Shown: piece after piece, positions 1-9,769 of the stretch
Position numbering within the stretch: position 1 is the first letter of the stretch
Layout: the number at the start of each line of letters is the position of its first letter
Notes under the pieces: generated by a model
Database searches by the model: none
The model's input: the letters and a program-made list of their open reading frames with translations, nothing else
What the model was told of the DNA's origin: nothing
Translations under genes and position numbers: made by a program
Assembly: GCA_964449135.1 (NCBI GenBank)
Contig: CAYUXZ010000006.1
Coordinates: 301 to 64,300, forward strand
DNA from: an uncultured Gammaproteobacteria bacterium
GTDB taxonomy: Bacteria > Pseudomonadota > Gammaproteobacteria > Xanthomonadales > Xanthomonadaceae
Direction: 5' to 3'
DNA length: 64,000 nt

Positions 1-517
1 GGTAGCCGCTGTTGCCGCCTTCGTACTTCTTCTTCGAATTCCAGTGCGCTTCCTCGGAGTCGATCTCGAAGAAGGTGTGCCCCATGTCGTTGGCCCAGCG
101 CACCGAGTCGAAGATGAAGAACTCGGGCTCGGGGCCGAAGAACGCCTGCTCGGCGACGCCGCTGGACTTCAGGTAGGCCTCGGCGCGCTTGGCGAGCGAG
201 CGCGGGCAGCGCGAGTAGGCCTGCATCGTGATCGGATCGAGCACGTCGCAGGTCAGGATCAGGGTCGGGTCGGCGACGAAGGGATCCACCACCGCCGAAT
301 CCGGATCGGGCAGCAGCACCATGTCGGATTCGTTGATGCCGCGCCAGCCGGAGATCGACGAGCCGTCGAACATGCGGCCGTCTTCGAACAGGCCCGGCTC
401 GACGATGCTCGCGGGGAAGGTGACGTGGTGCTGCACGCCGCGCATGTCGGCGAAGCGCAGATCCACGAATTCGATGCTGTGGTCCTTGATGAGTTTTTCG
501 ACGCGGGCGTAGCTCAC
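1..517 (-). CDS. glnA: glutamine synthetase type I, N-terminal part (gene continues beyond window start)
   Basis: Own minus-strand translation from GTG (517-515): VSYARVEKLIKDHSIEFVDLRFADMRGVQHHVTFP...FFGPEPEFFIFDSVRW, the conserved GlnA N-domain. GGAG lies just upstream. Absent from the ORF track because its stop is outside the window. Confidence 0.9.
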   Translation of the reverse strand, partial: MSYARVEKLIKDHSIEFVDLRFADMRGVQHHVTFPASIVEPGLFEDGRMFDGSSISGWRGINESDMVLLPDPDSAVVDPFVADPTLILTCDVLDPITMQAYSRCPRSLAKRAEAYLKSSGVAEQAFFGPEPEFFIFDSVRWANDMGHTFFEIDSEEAHWNSKKKYEGGNSGY

Positions 518-551
518 GGGAGGCTCCGGTTGGGTTGGGTTGGCATCCCTA

Positions 552-569
552 TAGCAACCGGCGTGCCAG
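552..569 (-). promoter_or_regulatory. RpoN (sigma-54) -24/-12 promoter of glnA
   Basis: The minus strand reads CTGGCACGCCGGTTGCTA = TGGCAC-N5-TTGC, a full match to the -24/-12 core, about 35 nt upstream of the glnA GTG. Confidence 0.8.
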
Positions 570-628
570 CTTCGCATGCTCGCAACACGTTGATTTTACT
601 GACGCTCATTGTGAGATATGCAGTTTAT

Positions 629-645
629 CGCACCTTAAAAGTGCA
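629..645. promoter_or_regulatory. candidate NtrC enhancer dyad
   Basis: CGCACC-TTAAA-AGTGCA matches 10/12 positions of the TGCACC-N5-GGTGCA dyad. It sits 60-90 bp upstream of the sigma-54 element in an AT-rich stretch. Confidence 0.5.
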
Positions 646-765
646 ATCTGCATACATTTTCGTCAAAAGAAAGAAAACATCGCCGCGGCGCTGGGGACGC
701 CGCGGCGATGGCGAGTGTCGATGACCCTGCTTCAGCGGCGAGGCCTGGCCATCAATCCTGCGCGT

Positions 766-1152
766 TCAGGCGTCGTAGCGCGCGGCGGTGTTGTAGAACC
801 CGCGCCAGCGCACGACCTCCCCATCCTTGACGGTAAAGACGTGCGACCACTCGCTCTGGAAACGTTTGCCGGTGTCTAGCGCGGTGGTGTCTTCCCAGCC
901 GAGCACGGTCAGGTGCTCGCCGGACTCGATGAACTCGCGCGGTTCGAACGCATGGATCACGTCGGATTTCGGGATGTCGGCGAAGAACTGCAGCGCTTCC
1001 GCGCGCGTCCTGCGCTTGCCGGCGTAGGCCAGCTTAGCGTGACCGACGAATTCCCAATCCACGTTCTCGGCGATCAGCTGCCCCATCGCCGGCATGTCGT
1101 TCCTGCCGAACGCTTCGTACGCCTTCTGCACCACTTCTGTCGCGGTAGCCAT
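766..1152 (-). CDS. SnoaL-like / NTF2-fold small protein (ketosteroid-isomerase-like)
   Basis: 128-aa ORF. MATATEVVQKAYEAFGRNDMPAMGQLIAENVDWEF...WSHVFTVKDGEVVRWRGFYNT is a typical SnoaL-like pattern. Confidence 0.7.
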   Translation of the reverse strand: MATATEVVQKAYEAFGRNDMPAMGQLIAENVDWEFVGHAKLAYAGKRRTRAEALQFFADIPKSDVIHAFEPREFIESGEHLTVLGWEDTTALDTGKRFQSEWSHVFTVKDGEVVRWRGFYNTAARYDA

Positions 1153-1346
1153 TGCCGTCTCCGTGAGTTGGGTGAAAACATCCGCCGCGAGCCACGCGCG
1201 CTGTGATGCTTGCCGGAGACGATCGCACGGCCGCGATCAAGGGGCCGTGAAGCTTTCGTGTCACGACATCAATGCCGCGATCGTTTTTTTTCATATACGC
1301 GCTCTTTGCATTTACACTTCACTCGATTTTCATCGGACGCACCCGC

Positions 1347-2138
1347 ATGCACGACCTGCTGAACGTCGTTCTCCTCGGCATTATCGAGGGCATCACCGAA
1401 TTCCTGCCGATCTCCTCGACGGGCCATCTGCTGATCGCCGAGAAACTCGGGTTGGGCCATCGCACGGATCTGTTCAACGTTGGCATCCAGGCCGGCGCGA
1501 TCCTCGCGGTCACGCTGATTTACTTCAGGCGCATCGTGGGGCTGCTCACGCGCTGGAAGGATCCGGCAAACCGCGATTACCTGTTCAAGCTAGCCATCGC
1601 GTTCGCGATCACGGCGGCGCTCGGCTTCGTCGCGGTCAAGCTCGGCTTCAAGTTGCCCGAGGCGATCGCGCCGGTCGCGTGGGCGCTCGTGCTGGGTGGT
1701 CTCTGGATGATCGCCGCCGAACAGATCGCCGCGAAGCGGCCCGATCGCAGCGCGGTGACCTGGCCGGTCGCGATCGGCGTGGGCATCGCGCAGATGGTCG
1801 CCGGCGTCTTCCCCGGCACTTCGCGCTCGGCGGCGTCGATCTTCGCCGCGATGCTGATCGGCACCAGCAACCGCGCGGCGGCGACCGAATTCGCGTTCCT
1901 CGTCGGCATCCCGACCATGTACGCGGCGACCGGCTACGAACTGCTCAAGACGATGAAGGCCGGCGGCGGCGCGCACGAGGACTGGAGGGCGCTCGCGATC
2001 GGCTTCGTGGTCTCGGCAGTGGTCGCCTTCGTCGCGGTGAAATGGTTGCTCGGCTACATCCGCACGCACCGCTTCACGGGGTTCGCGGCGTATCGGATCG
2101 CGCTCGGCATCGCCCTGCTCGCGTTCATGCAGGCCTGA
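1347..2138 (+). CDS. uppP: undecaprenyl-diphosphate phosphatase
   Basis: Starts MHDLLNVVLLGIIEGITEFLPISSTGHL, with the later GTSRSAASI motif. The polytopic membrane profile matches BacA/UppP. Start moved to the internal ATG at 1347 (track ORF begins at 1272). Confidence 0.9.
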   Translation: MHDLLNVVLLGIIEGITEFLPISSTGHLLIAEKLGLGHRTDLFNVGIQAGAILAVTLIYFRRIVGLLTRWKDPANRDYLFKLAIAFAITAALGFVAVKLGFKLPEAIAPVAWALVLGGLWMIAAEQIAAKRPDRSAVTWPVAIGVGIAQMVAGVFPGTSRSAASIFAAMLIGTSNRAAATEFAFLVGIPTMYAATGYELLKTMKAGGGAHEDWRALAIGFVVSAVVAFVAVKWLLGYIRTHRFTGFAAYRIALGIALLAFMQA

Positions 2139-2157
2139 TCGCATCCGTCGCGCGACA

Positions 2158-2364
2158 TCAGAGCCGCAGGAAATACGGAACTGCCATCAGCGCCACGCCG
2201 ATGGCGACGATCCAGAACGGCCGATCGAGAAAATACGGGTAGATCATCAGCGCGATCCCGCAAACCAGCGGCACCGGCTTGCGCTGCTTCCTGCCGTACA
2301 TGAAGTAGCCAAGCCCGATCGACCCGAACAACACACCGAGCAACAACCAAGCCTGCGTACCCAT
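2158..2364 (-). CDS. small two-TM membrane protein, unknown function
   Basis: 68 aa with two hydrophobic helices separated by GRKQRKP. GC3-rich codon usage is consistent with real coding. Confidence 0.5.
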   Translation of the reverse strand: MGTQAWLLLGVLFGSIGLGYFMYGRKQRKPVPLVCGIALMIYPYFLDRPFWIVAIGVALMAVPYFLRL

Positions 2365-2377
2365 CGCCGTTGCCTGC

Positions 2378-3004
2378 TCAGACCGCTTGCCGCGGATGCA
2401 GCGAATACGTGCCGTAGATCAGCCCTTCGGCGAGCACGTGGCCCGCCATCGCGCGCAGCACGTCGCCCGCACCGAAGCGCTCGGGAAGATCGAGCGCAGC
2501 AACATCGAGCGCGAACAGCCGGAAGAAATAGCGGTGCAGGCGCAAGTCGTTCGCCGGCGGGAACGGGCCGTCGTAGCCGAGGTAATCGCCGCCCATCGTC
2601 GTATCTCCGGCGAACCAGCCGGTGTAATCGTTGATTCCGTGCCGCGCCGGATGCGGGCCGCGAAGGTCGCGTTTCCCGCCGACGCTCACGCCGTCCGACC
2701 ACGCGCCTTCGGAGAAGCCGCGCACGTCGGCGGGAATGTCCACCATCGCCCAGTGCGTGAAATCGCAGCGCGGCTGCTCGACCGGGATCTCCACGCCCGG
2801 CTTGCCGACCATCGCTGCAACCGTCGGCACATCCGGATCCACGCACAGCAGCGCGAACGACTTCGTGCCCGCGGGCGCCTCGTCCCAGGCCAGGTGCGGA
2901 TTGCGGTTGTCGGAAAACGTCTCGCCCGCGCCGTCCTTGCGGCCCATGGCGCAGCGCGCCGGGATCGGCCCGCGGTGTTCGAAGCTGTCGCTTTGCAGTT
3001 TCAT
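2378..3004 (-). CDS. YbhB/YbcL-family PEBP (Raf kinase inhibitor-like) protein
   Basis: 208 aa. Motifs NRNPHLAWDEAP, CVDPDVP, FTHW and RYFFRLFALD are typical of bacterial PEBP. Confidence 0.8.
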   Translation of the reverse strand: MKLQSDSFEHRGPIPARCAMGRKDGAGETFSDNRNPHLAWDEAPAGTKSFALLCVDPDVPTVAAMVGKPGVEIPVEQPRCDFTHWAMVDIPADVRGFSEGAWSDGVSVGGKRDLRGPHPARHGINDYTGWFAGDTTMGGDYLGYDGPFPPANDLRLHRYFFRLFALDVAALDLPERFGAGDVLRAMAGHVLAEGLIYGTYSLHPRQAV

Positions 3005-3060
3005 CGCGTCGCCTCCATGCGCGCAACGATAGCGCGCACGGCGGATCGGCGCGACCGCGC

Positions 3061-5166
3061 TCAGTCGCGCGGGTAACCCAGCCGTTCGGCCAGCGGCGCC
3101 AGCAGTTCGAAGGCCTCGTCGAGCTCGCCGCGATACGCGCGCCAGCGTCCAGCCGGGAGCAGCGTCGGCAATCGGCCCGATCCGGTGCGGCGATCCAGCG
3201 CGGGTTGCGGATCGGGCGATGCGGTCAGATCGGCGAACGCAGCGATCTCCTGCAGCGTCGCCTGGGGATCGGCGTCGAAACGATCCATGTCCACGGCCAA
3301 GGTCGGCAATTGCAACTCGTCGCGCGCGAACAGCAGGTGCTTGAGCTGGCTAGCGAGCCAGGCCGCGTTCTCGACCGGATCGGCGAACACCGGCCCGGCC
3401 GGCGCGCCGAACGCGAGCCAGTTCAGCAGCAGGTCGCGCGGATCGCGCAACACCGCGAGCAGTCGCATTCCCGGCACGGCCCGTTGCAACAGCGGCGCCA
3501 CGCGCGCATCCCAGCGCGCGAGCCAGTCAAACACGCCGGTATGACCTTGCTCGCGGAAAGGCTCGATGCTGCGCGCATACGCGTCCGCGACTTCCGTCGC
3601 GAGCGCCGGCAGGTCGTCCGCGCTGGATGCGCGCGTGATCAGAGTCTCCGGAAAATCCAGCATCCGGGGCAGCACTTCCGGCGTGGCCAGCATCAACGGA
3701 CGTCCAGGCGCGAAGCGCAGGGCCGCCGCCAGCCGTTCGCTACCGCTGCCAGGCGGACCCCAGAGCATCACCAGCGCCGCGGGTTCCTGGGTCGAAGCAG
3801 CGGGCAACGTGGCGTGCAGCGCGCGCAGGCTTTCGTCGGGCAGCGGCGGCGCGGGCGGCAACGCGCCCAGCCCTGCGTGCGCCTGCCGCCAGTCCGCGAC
3901 CGCCGCGGCGGTGTCGCCGAGCGTGTCGTGCGCCTGGCCGCGCCAGGCCAACGCGGGCTTGGATTGCGGCGGCGGCGCGTGCGCAATCACTGGCTCCAAC
4001 CGTGCGATGCCGGCGGCCGGGTCGCGGCGCAGTACGAAAGCAGCCTTGCCGAGCGCCGCATCGAACTGCAGCGGCGCGCGCTCCAGCACGGCGTCGTAGC
4101 CGGCTTCGGCCTCTGCCTCGCGGCCATCGACTTCGTCGTGACGCGCCTGATTGAGCCGAGCGGCCGCGCTATCGGGCATCGCGGCGAGCCAGCGGCGCAG
4201 CACGTCGCGCGCATCGGCTTCGTCGAAGCTGGTCGTCAGCCGCGACGCCCAGGTCAGGTCGAATTGCGCATCGCTCGCGAGCACGTCTTCCCACACCGTG
4301 CGCGCGAGGTCGCGATCGCCGATCGCCTCGAGCGCGCGTTGCGCGCCCATCTGCGAACGCAGGTCGCGCGGCGCGTGCTTCAACACGGCCCGATACGCCT
4401 CCAGCGTCGCCTTCGCGTCGCCGCCGCGCCAGTGCAATTCGGCCTCGATCGCATGGCCGGCCGGATCGTCCGGATGCGCCTGCCTGTACTGCGCGACCTC
4501 GGTGCCGGCATCGTCGATCCGGTCCTGGTCGAGCAGCGTGGCGATCAGGCTGCGGTGCAGCGCGGCTGAGTCTGGCTGCAGCGCGCGCGCCTTTCGCAAG
4601 GTCTGTTCGGCGAACGCGGCGTGGCCGACGCGCCGGTAGGCGAGCGCAAGCGTGGCCAGCGTCTGCACGTCGCCGGGCATCGCCGCGGCCGCTTCCGTGA
4701 GCAAGCCGATCGCGCGATCGTCCTCGTTTTTCGCCAGCGCGATCTGGCCGCCCGCGAACAGCAGGCTCGGATGCTCCGGATCCGCGCGCTCGGCGAGCTG
4801 CAACTGGCGCTCGGCCTCGGCGACATCGCCCTGCGCGAGGGCGATCTGGATGCGCAGCAGGTAGGCGCCGAGCTGGTTGGGATCGAGCGCGAGCGCGTGC
4901 GCACTGGAGCGGTTGGCCGCGTCCAGGTCGCCCTGCGCGTGCGCGAGCAGCGCGCGGCTGAAGTGGTACAACGATTCGTCGGGCGCGAGCTCGATCGCGC
5001 GGTCGAAACTCGCGCGCGCGCCCTCCGCGTCGCCGGCTTCGCGCTGCGCGATGCCAAGCAGGTGCCGCGCCTCGGCGCTGTCCGGCGACGCGGCGACTTC
5101 GGCGCGCGCCAAGGCGAGCGCGTCGGGGGTCTGGCGACGCAGCGCGTCGATCACGTCCTGCAACAT
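3061..5166 (-). CDS. TPR-repeat protein with C-terminal sulfotransferase-like domain
   Basis: 701 aa. The N-terminal ~450 aa are repeated Ala/Leu TPR-like helices. The C-terminal part has WGPPGSGSERL (5'-PSB-like loop) and LRDPRDLLLNW (3'-PB-like), as in TPR-sulfotransferase family proteins. Confidence 0.6.
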   Translation of the reverse strand: MLQDVIDALRRQTPDALALARAEVAASPDSAEARHLLGIAQREAGDAEGARASFDRAIELAPDESLYHFSRALLAHAQGDLDAANRSSAHALALDPNQLGAYLLRIQIALAQGDVAEAERQLQLAERADPEHPSLLFAGGQIALAKNEDDRAIGLLTEAAAAMPGDVQTLATLALAYRRVGHAAFAEQTLRKARALQPDSAALHRSLIATLLDQDRIDDAGTEVAQYRQAHPDDPAGHAIEAELHWRGGDAKATLEAYRAVLKHAPRDLRSQMGAQRALEAIGDRDLARTVWEDVLASDAQFDLTWASRLTTSFDEADARDVLRRWLAAMPDSAAARLNQARHDEVDGREAEAEAGYDAVLERAPLQFDAALGKAAFVLRRDPAAGIARLEPVIAHAPPPQSKPALAWRGQAHDTLGDTAAAVADWRQAHAGLGALPPAPPLPDESLRALHATLPAASTQEPAALVMLWGPPGSGSERLAAALRFAPGRPLMLATPEVLPRMLDFPETLITRASSADDLPALATEVADAYARSIEPFREQGHTGVFDWLARWDARVAPLLQRAVPGMRLLAVLRDPRDLLLNWLAFGAPAGPVFADPVENAAWLASQLKHLLFARDELQLPTLAVDMDRFDADPQATLQEIAAFADLTASPDPQPALDRRTGSGRLPTLLPAGRWRAYRGELDEAFELLAPLAERLGYPRD

Positions 5167-5223
5167 TGGGAAGTCCGCGAAGGAAAGTCTCGTATTGTAC
5201 CGCGCTGCGCGATTCCAGCCGGC

Positions 5224-6252
5224 TCAGCCCGTCGCCGGCTCGCCCGCGGCGGCATCGAGCATCCGCGCGCAGACCCATTTCTCGGCGAAGCCCTGCAGGT
5301 TGATGCCCTCGATGAATCCGCAATGCCCGCCGTGCGGTGCGATCTCCAGCCGCGAATGCGGCGGCAGTTGCAAGCGACGGAAATCCGCGACCGGGATCAC
5401 CGGATCGTCCTCGGCGGTGAGGATGCTCACCGGCACCTGCAGGCCGGCGAGGCGATCGCCCGCGACCGCATAGCCGTCGAGGTACTTCTCGAGCAGGCCC
5501 ATGTCGGTGTAGCGCTCGACCATCCACGCGGTCAGCGCGCGCATGTCCTGCTTGAGCGCGGCATCGTCGAAATCGTGGCGTTGCGGGAACAGCGCGCGCT
5601 TGCGTCGCAGCGAGCCGCGCCACTTGCGCATGAAATACCAGTGATAGAGCGGCAGCGCGGTTTCCAGCGCGGACAATCCCGCTTCCGGATCGAGCACCGG
5701 GCAGACCGCGGCCGCGTGCGCGAGCGGAATGTCCATCGCCGACGCGTGCAATGCGAGCCGCAGCGCGAAATTGCCGCCGAGCGAATACCCCGCCGCAAGG
5801 AACGGCCGCACCGCGATTTGTTCTGCGACAGCGCGCGCGGCTTCGAGCACTTCTTGCAGCCGGCAGGAATGAAACAGGTCCTCGTTGAGATGGTGCGTGT
5901 CGCCGTGGTCGCGGAAGTTCAGGCGGAACACGTCGAAGCCCGCTGCGAGCAGCGCCGCGGTGGTGTGCAGCATGTAGCCGGACTCGACGCTGCCTTCCCA
6001 ACCGTGCAGCAGCAGCACGAGCCCCTTGGGTTCGTGCGCTGGTTCCTGCGCCGGTTCGCGCGGAATGGTCGAATGGAATCCCTGCAGGCGCACGCCATCG
6101 CCGGCATCGAGGAGGAACTCGCGCGTGCGCGTGTGCAGCCGCGCGAGCGCCTGCGCGCCGCGGCGGCGGCGCATCCGGCTCGAGGACAGCACCGACTGCA
6201 CGTGCGGGCCGCGCAGCCAGGTCGGCGGCAGGTAGTCGCGCGCGTGGGTCAT
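5224..6252 (-). CDS. alpha/beta hydrolase (YheT/ABHD-like)
   Basis: Internal ATG at 6252 gives 342 aa: MTHARDYLPPTWLRGPHVQS..., HGWEGS, nucleophile elbow GYSLGGN, C-terminal GGHCGF. The upstream part of the track ORF is Arg/Ser-rich junk overlapping the next gene. Confidence 0.8.
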   Translation of the reverse strand: MTHARDYLPPTWLRGPHVQSVLSSSRMRRRRGAQALARLHTRTREFLLDAGDGVRLQGFHSTIPREPAQEPAHEPKGLVLLLHGWEGSVESGYMLHTTAALLAAGFDVFRLNFRDHGDTHHLNEDLFHSCRLQEVLEAARAVAEQIAVRPFLAAGYSLGGNFALRLALHASAMDIPLAHAAAVCPVLDPEAGLSALETALPLYHWYFMRKWRGSLRRKRALFPQRHDFDDAALKQDMRALTAWMVERYTDMGLLEKYLDGYAVAGDRLAGLQVPVSILTAEDDPVIPVADFRRLQLPPHSRLEIAPHGGHCGFIEGINLQGFAEKWVCARMLDAAAGEPATG

Positions 6253-6268
6253 GTCGCGGCGCCTGCGC

Positions 6269-7060
6269 TCATGAGGCCATCGCCTCGGCGATGCGCGAGC
6301 GCGCCGTGTCGGACATGCCGCGCCGGCCGCCGGCGACCGGTGCGATGGGCTCGAGGAAATGCACTTCGGCCACGCGCGAACGGTCGCCGAGCAAGCGCAG
6401 GAAGTTGTGCACGAACGGCTCGCCTTTCGCGAACGCGACGATCGCCTGCGCCTCGCCACGCTCGCCGTAGCGCAGCGCGACCGGCTGCACCGGCGCGTCC
6501 GCATCCACCGCGGTCTGCAGGATGCGTGCGTGGAACACGCGCAGCGCGCGGCCGTCGCCGGTGCCACCCTCGGGGAACACTCCGACCGCGAAACCTTCGC
6601 GCATCCTCGCGACCATCCGCTCCATCACGTCGCGCAGCGAATGGTCGCTGCCGCGGCGGTGGTAGATCGTGCCCGCGCGGCTGGCGAGCCAGCCGATCAG
6701 CGGCCAGCGGCTGATCTCGTCCTTGGCGACGAAACCCATCGCGTGCTGGCTGTGCATGAGCGTGATGTCGATCCAGCTGACGTGGTTGGCAACGAACAGG
6801 GCAGAGCCTTGCAGCGGCTCGCCGACCCGACGCAGGCGGAAGCCGAACACGCGCAGCAATCCGACCGACCACGCGCGGATCGCGCGGTGATCCACGCGTT
6901 CGCCCCCCGGCAGTTTCAGCGCGGCGGTCGGCGCTCCGATCAGCAGCAACGCGATCGGCAGCAATACGACGACGTGCAGCAGCAGCAACGGCACGCGCAC
7001 TGCGTAGCGCAGCGGCCGCAGCCGGTCGCGGCGCGTGGGGATGGATTCGATGGCGTACAT
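6269..7060 (-). CDS. lysophospholipid (1-acyl-sn-glycerol-3-phosphate) acyltransferase family
   Basis: 263 aa. Has the NHVSWID (HX4D) and FPEGGT motifs of PlsC-type acyltransferases and an N-terminal TM segment. Confidence 0.8.
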   Translation of the reverse strand: MYAIESIPTRRDRLRPLRYAVRVPLLLLHVVVLLPIALLLIGAPTAALKLPGGERVDHRAIRAWSVGLLRVFGFRLRRVGEPLQGSALFVANHVSWIDITLMHSQHAMGFVAKDEISRWPLIGWLASRAGTIYHRRGSDHSLRDVMERMVARMREGFAVGVFPEGGTGDGRALRVFHARILQTAVDADAPVQPVALRYGERGEAQAIVAFAKGEPFVHNFLRLLGDRSRVAEVHFLEPIAPVAGGRRGMSDTARSRIAEAMAS

Positions 7061-7104
7061 CGCCGCGATTTTCTCACGACGACGTTAGAGGTCGCACTCT
7101 GTAA

Positions 7105-7719
7105 TCAGCTCGTGCGGAACAGGCTCGGGCGCCAGCCCGGCGAGACGTATGACTTCTCGCGCGCGTAGCCGCTGCTGCGGCCATAGCCGGTGCCGTAGTC
7201 GCGGGCGCGGCGGAGACGGAAGCGTTCGTGCAACTCCTCGCGGCGGCCTTCGAGCCAGTCGGCGCGGCCAACCGTGGCCGGATCCAGCCCGCGGCGTTCG
7301 GCCTCGTGCTGGCGGTAGTCGCAGAACTCCTCGTACGCGGCCAGTTCGTGGCCGAGCTCGCGCACGCAGACCTCGATCATGATCGCGTCGTCGAGGTAGC
7401 CGATCACCGGCGTGGAATCCGGGATGATGTCGTCGGGGTTGGAGAAATACTCCAGCGCCGAGAGCACGCGCTGGGTGTCCTCGGTTTCCATCGCCCAGCC
7501 TTCGTCGCGGACCATCGCGATCAACTGGTCGAGCCGGTCCAGCCGCTCGGAGACGAACGGCGGCACGGAGGAGTTCTGCGCCTCGTGCAGCAGCCGCGTC
7601 GCGGCCGCGGTGACGTCGGCGACGGATCCGGGCCCCGCGCCCTTGCGGGTCGCCTTCATGGCGGTGCTGAAGTGCTCGATGTCCTGGTCGGACAGCTCGA
7701 AATGGACGGTGATGGGCAT
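7105..7719 (-). CDS. DUF1232 (YkvA-like)-containing protein, unknown function
   Basis: 204 aa. IIPDSTPVIGYLDDAIMI resembles the DUF1232 core. The remainder is acidic and helical. Confidence 0.5.
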   Translation of the reverse strand: MPITVHFELSDQDIEHFSTAMKATRKGAGPGSVADVTAAATRLLHEAQNSSVPPFVSERLDRLDQLIAMVRDEGWAMETEDTQRVLSALEYFSNPDDIIPDSTPVIGYLDDAIMIEVCVRELGHELAAYEEFCDYRQHEAERRGLDPATVGRADWLEGRREELHERFRLRRARDYGTGYGRSSGYAREKSYVSPGWRPSLFRTS

Positions 7720-7801
7720 GGCGTGCGTCCGCGACGTGGGAGAGCAGCAGACTAGGCCCAGACGCGCCTTTGGTCAATGCAACGCAGGCGACAGCGGCCG
7801 G

Positions 7802-9700
7802 TTACAGGATCGGCGCCAGCCCCGCGCCGAACGCGGTCAATACGCGGGTCGCGAACGCCTTGAACGACATCTGGACTTCCGGGAAATCGCCGACCGGGGC
7901 CCAGCAATCGTGGAAACGCGGGTCGTCCGGCGGCACTGGTTCGCAACCTTCATTGAGCGTGTAGCTGGTCGCGTAACGGAACGGCCAGATGTCGAACACC
8001 GGCAGGTTCTCGAACAGCCGCGTCATCCGCGAATTGAAGTGCGAAACCGCCGATTTCGGGCGCCTGGCGATCAGCCAGGAGTTCTCCGGCGCGATGTCGC
8101 GTTCGATCGCGGCCTGCAGGCGCTGCGCGAGCGTCACGTCGCGGAACACCAGCACGCTTTCGGTGTTGTAGCGGTCCGAGCGCGGATCGAAGTTGTGCGA
8201 ACCGATGATTCCGATCTCACCATCGATCACCAGCGACTTGGCGTGCATCCCGATGCGCACGCCATGCGTATCCAGCGGTGCGAGCCGGGTCCCGCTGCGC
8301 GAACCCATGCCGGGGAAACGCGCGGCCTCGCTGCGTTGCGGCAGCCGGTTCGACGCGCTGCCGGACAGGCCATCCATCTCCGAATCCACCGGCGGCAGCG
8401 GCGCCTGCTCGCCCCCGCCGGTCGCGTCCAGGTCCACCGGCACGTCCAGCGGGTGCGGCTTGAGCTCGTGGATTCCGAAACCCAGGTCGCGCAGGTAACG
8501 GCGCTTGTACTTGTACGAGAGCGCATACACCGGGATCGCGTCGGTCGAGGCCAGCGAATTGGTCGAGACCGTCACCTTCGGCGGATCGGGCCGCTTGTGC
8601 ATGGAACGGAACAGTTTGCGCGCTTCGCGGCTGAGCACCAGGTACGGCGTCTGCATCAGCACCGAGCGTTGCGCGCCCTCGACCAGCACGCGCAGGCCGC
8701 GCGTCGTCCGCCCGACGTCCTCGCTGGGCTCGTCCTTCTGCTTGCCCGGGCCGTCGCCGATGAAACGCACATCGGCGACCGCGCGCGCGCCTTCGACCAG
8801 CCGCCGCTGCACTTCGTCCGGATCCGATGCGGCCAGGGCCATCGCCAGCACGCGCGGCGTGCGGCGCTGCTGCGCGATAGGAGTCGGCAACGGCGGCGGT
8901 CCGGCGTTCGCGAGCAGCACCGCCGCGACGTCCTTGAGCCGCGCCAGCGGCACGCTGCGCGGTGCGTTCCAGAACGCGTCGAACATGCGCGTCATGCGCT
9001 GCACTTCCGGGCCGGCAAGGATCGCGTCGCGGTCGCGGAAATCGAATTCGGGATTCCAGTCGAAGTAATCGTCGGCGATGTTGCGTCCGCCGGTGAAACC
9101 GACCACGCCATCGACGACGAGCAGCTTGTTGTGCATGCGCTGGTTGAAGCGGCGGAATTGCACGACGATTCCGGCGATGTACTCCAGCGCGTTCGTGCGC
9201 GCGTGGTCGAAGGTCGGGTTGTAAAGCCGCATCTGGAAATTCGCGTGCGCGCCGGCGAGGTTGGCCAGCAGGTCCAGGCTGCCGGGCGCGTTGAGCTGGT
9301 CCACCAGCACGCGCACCTTGACGCCGCGCCCTGCAGCGGCGATGAGTTCGTTGAGGAACAGGTCGCCGGCCTCGTCGTCGGCGAGGATGAAGGTCTGCAC
9401 GTCGATGCTGCTGTGTGCGCTGCGGATCAGGTTGATCCGGCCGAGCAGGGAGTCCTGCCCGGATTCGACGATCTGCACGAAGTTCACCGGCTTGCCGGGC
9501 GCGGATGCGGCCAGCGCGCGGTCGCCGAGCGAGCGCAGCGGCGATGCCAGCGCGCACGCATCGGGCCGGTCGCATTCGATCGCGCTCGGGCGCGCGGCCT
9601 GCGCGAGCGCAGCGGCCTGGTCGAGCTGCTTGCGGCCGATGCTCGCGCAGCCGCCGAGCAGCAGCGCGCACAACAGCAGCATGAAAAGGCCCGCGATCAT
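7802..9700 (-). CDS. phospholipase D-family lipoprotein (two HKD motifs)
   Basis: MHNKLLVVDG...GGRNI and MHAKSLVIDG...GSHNFD are two HxKxxxxD motifs. The ATG at 9700 gives MIAGLFMLLLCALLLGGCAS, with a lipobox. The track ORF start at 9766 is also possible. Confidence 0.85.
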   Translation of the reverse strand: MIAGLFMLLLCALLLGGCASIGRKQLDQAAALAQAARPSAIECDRPDACALASPLRSLGDRALAASAPGKPVNFVQIVESGQDSLLGRINLIRSAHSSIDVQTFILADDEAGDLFLNELIAAAGRGVKVRVLVDQLNAPGSLDLLANLAGAHANFQMRLYNPTFDHARTNALEYIAGIVVQFRRFNQRMHNKLLVVDGVVGFTGGRNIADDYFDWNPEFDFRDRDAILAGPEVQRMTRMFDAFWNAPRSVPLARLKDVAAVLLANAGPPPLPTPIAQQRRTPRVLAMALAASDPDEVQRRLVEGARAVADVRFIGDGPGKQKDEPSEDVGRTTRGLRVLVEGAQRSVLMQTPYLVLSREARKLFRSMHKRPDPPKVTVSTNSLASTDAIPVYALSYKYKRRYLRDLGFGIHELKPHPLDVPVDLDATGGGEQAPLPPVDSEMDGLSGSASNRLPQRSEAARFPGMGSRSGTRLAPLDTHGVRIGMHAKSLVIDGEIGIIGSHNFDPRSDRYNTESVLVFRDVTLAQRLQAAIERDIAPENSWLIARRPKSAVSHFNSRMTRLFENLPVFDIWPFRYATSYTLNEGCEPVPPDDPRFHDCWAPVGDFPEVQMSFKAFATRVLTAFGAGLAPIL

Positions 9701-9769
9701 CCGGTTTCGTATGACGGCACGCGGCTCAGCCGCCGGCGGCGCGATCCTTGCGCAGGGCCGCGGCATCGT

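Noticed and set aside
4169-6714. Overlapping 610-aa (minus) and 697-aa (plus) ORFs
   Set aside because: They overlap the TPR-sulfotransferase, hydrolase and acyltransferase genes in other frames or strands. Their composition is extreme in Arg/Ala/Gly.
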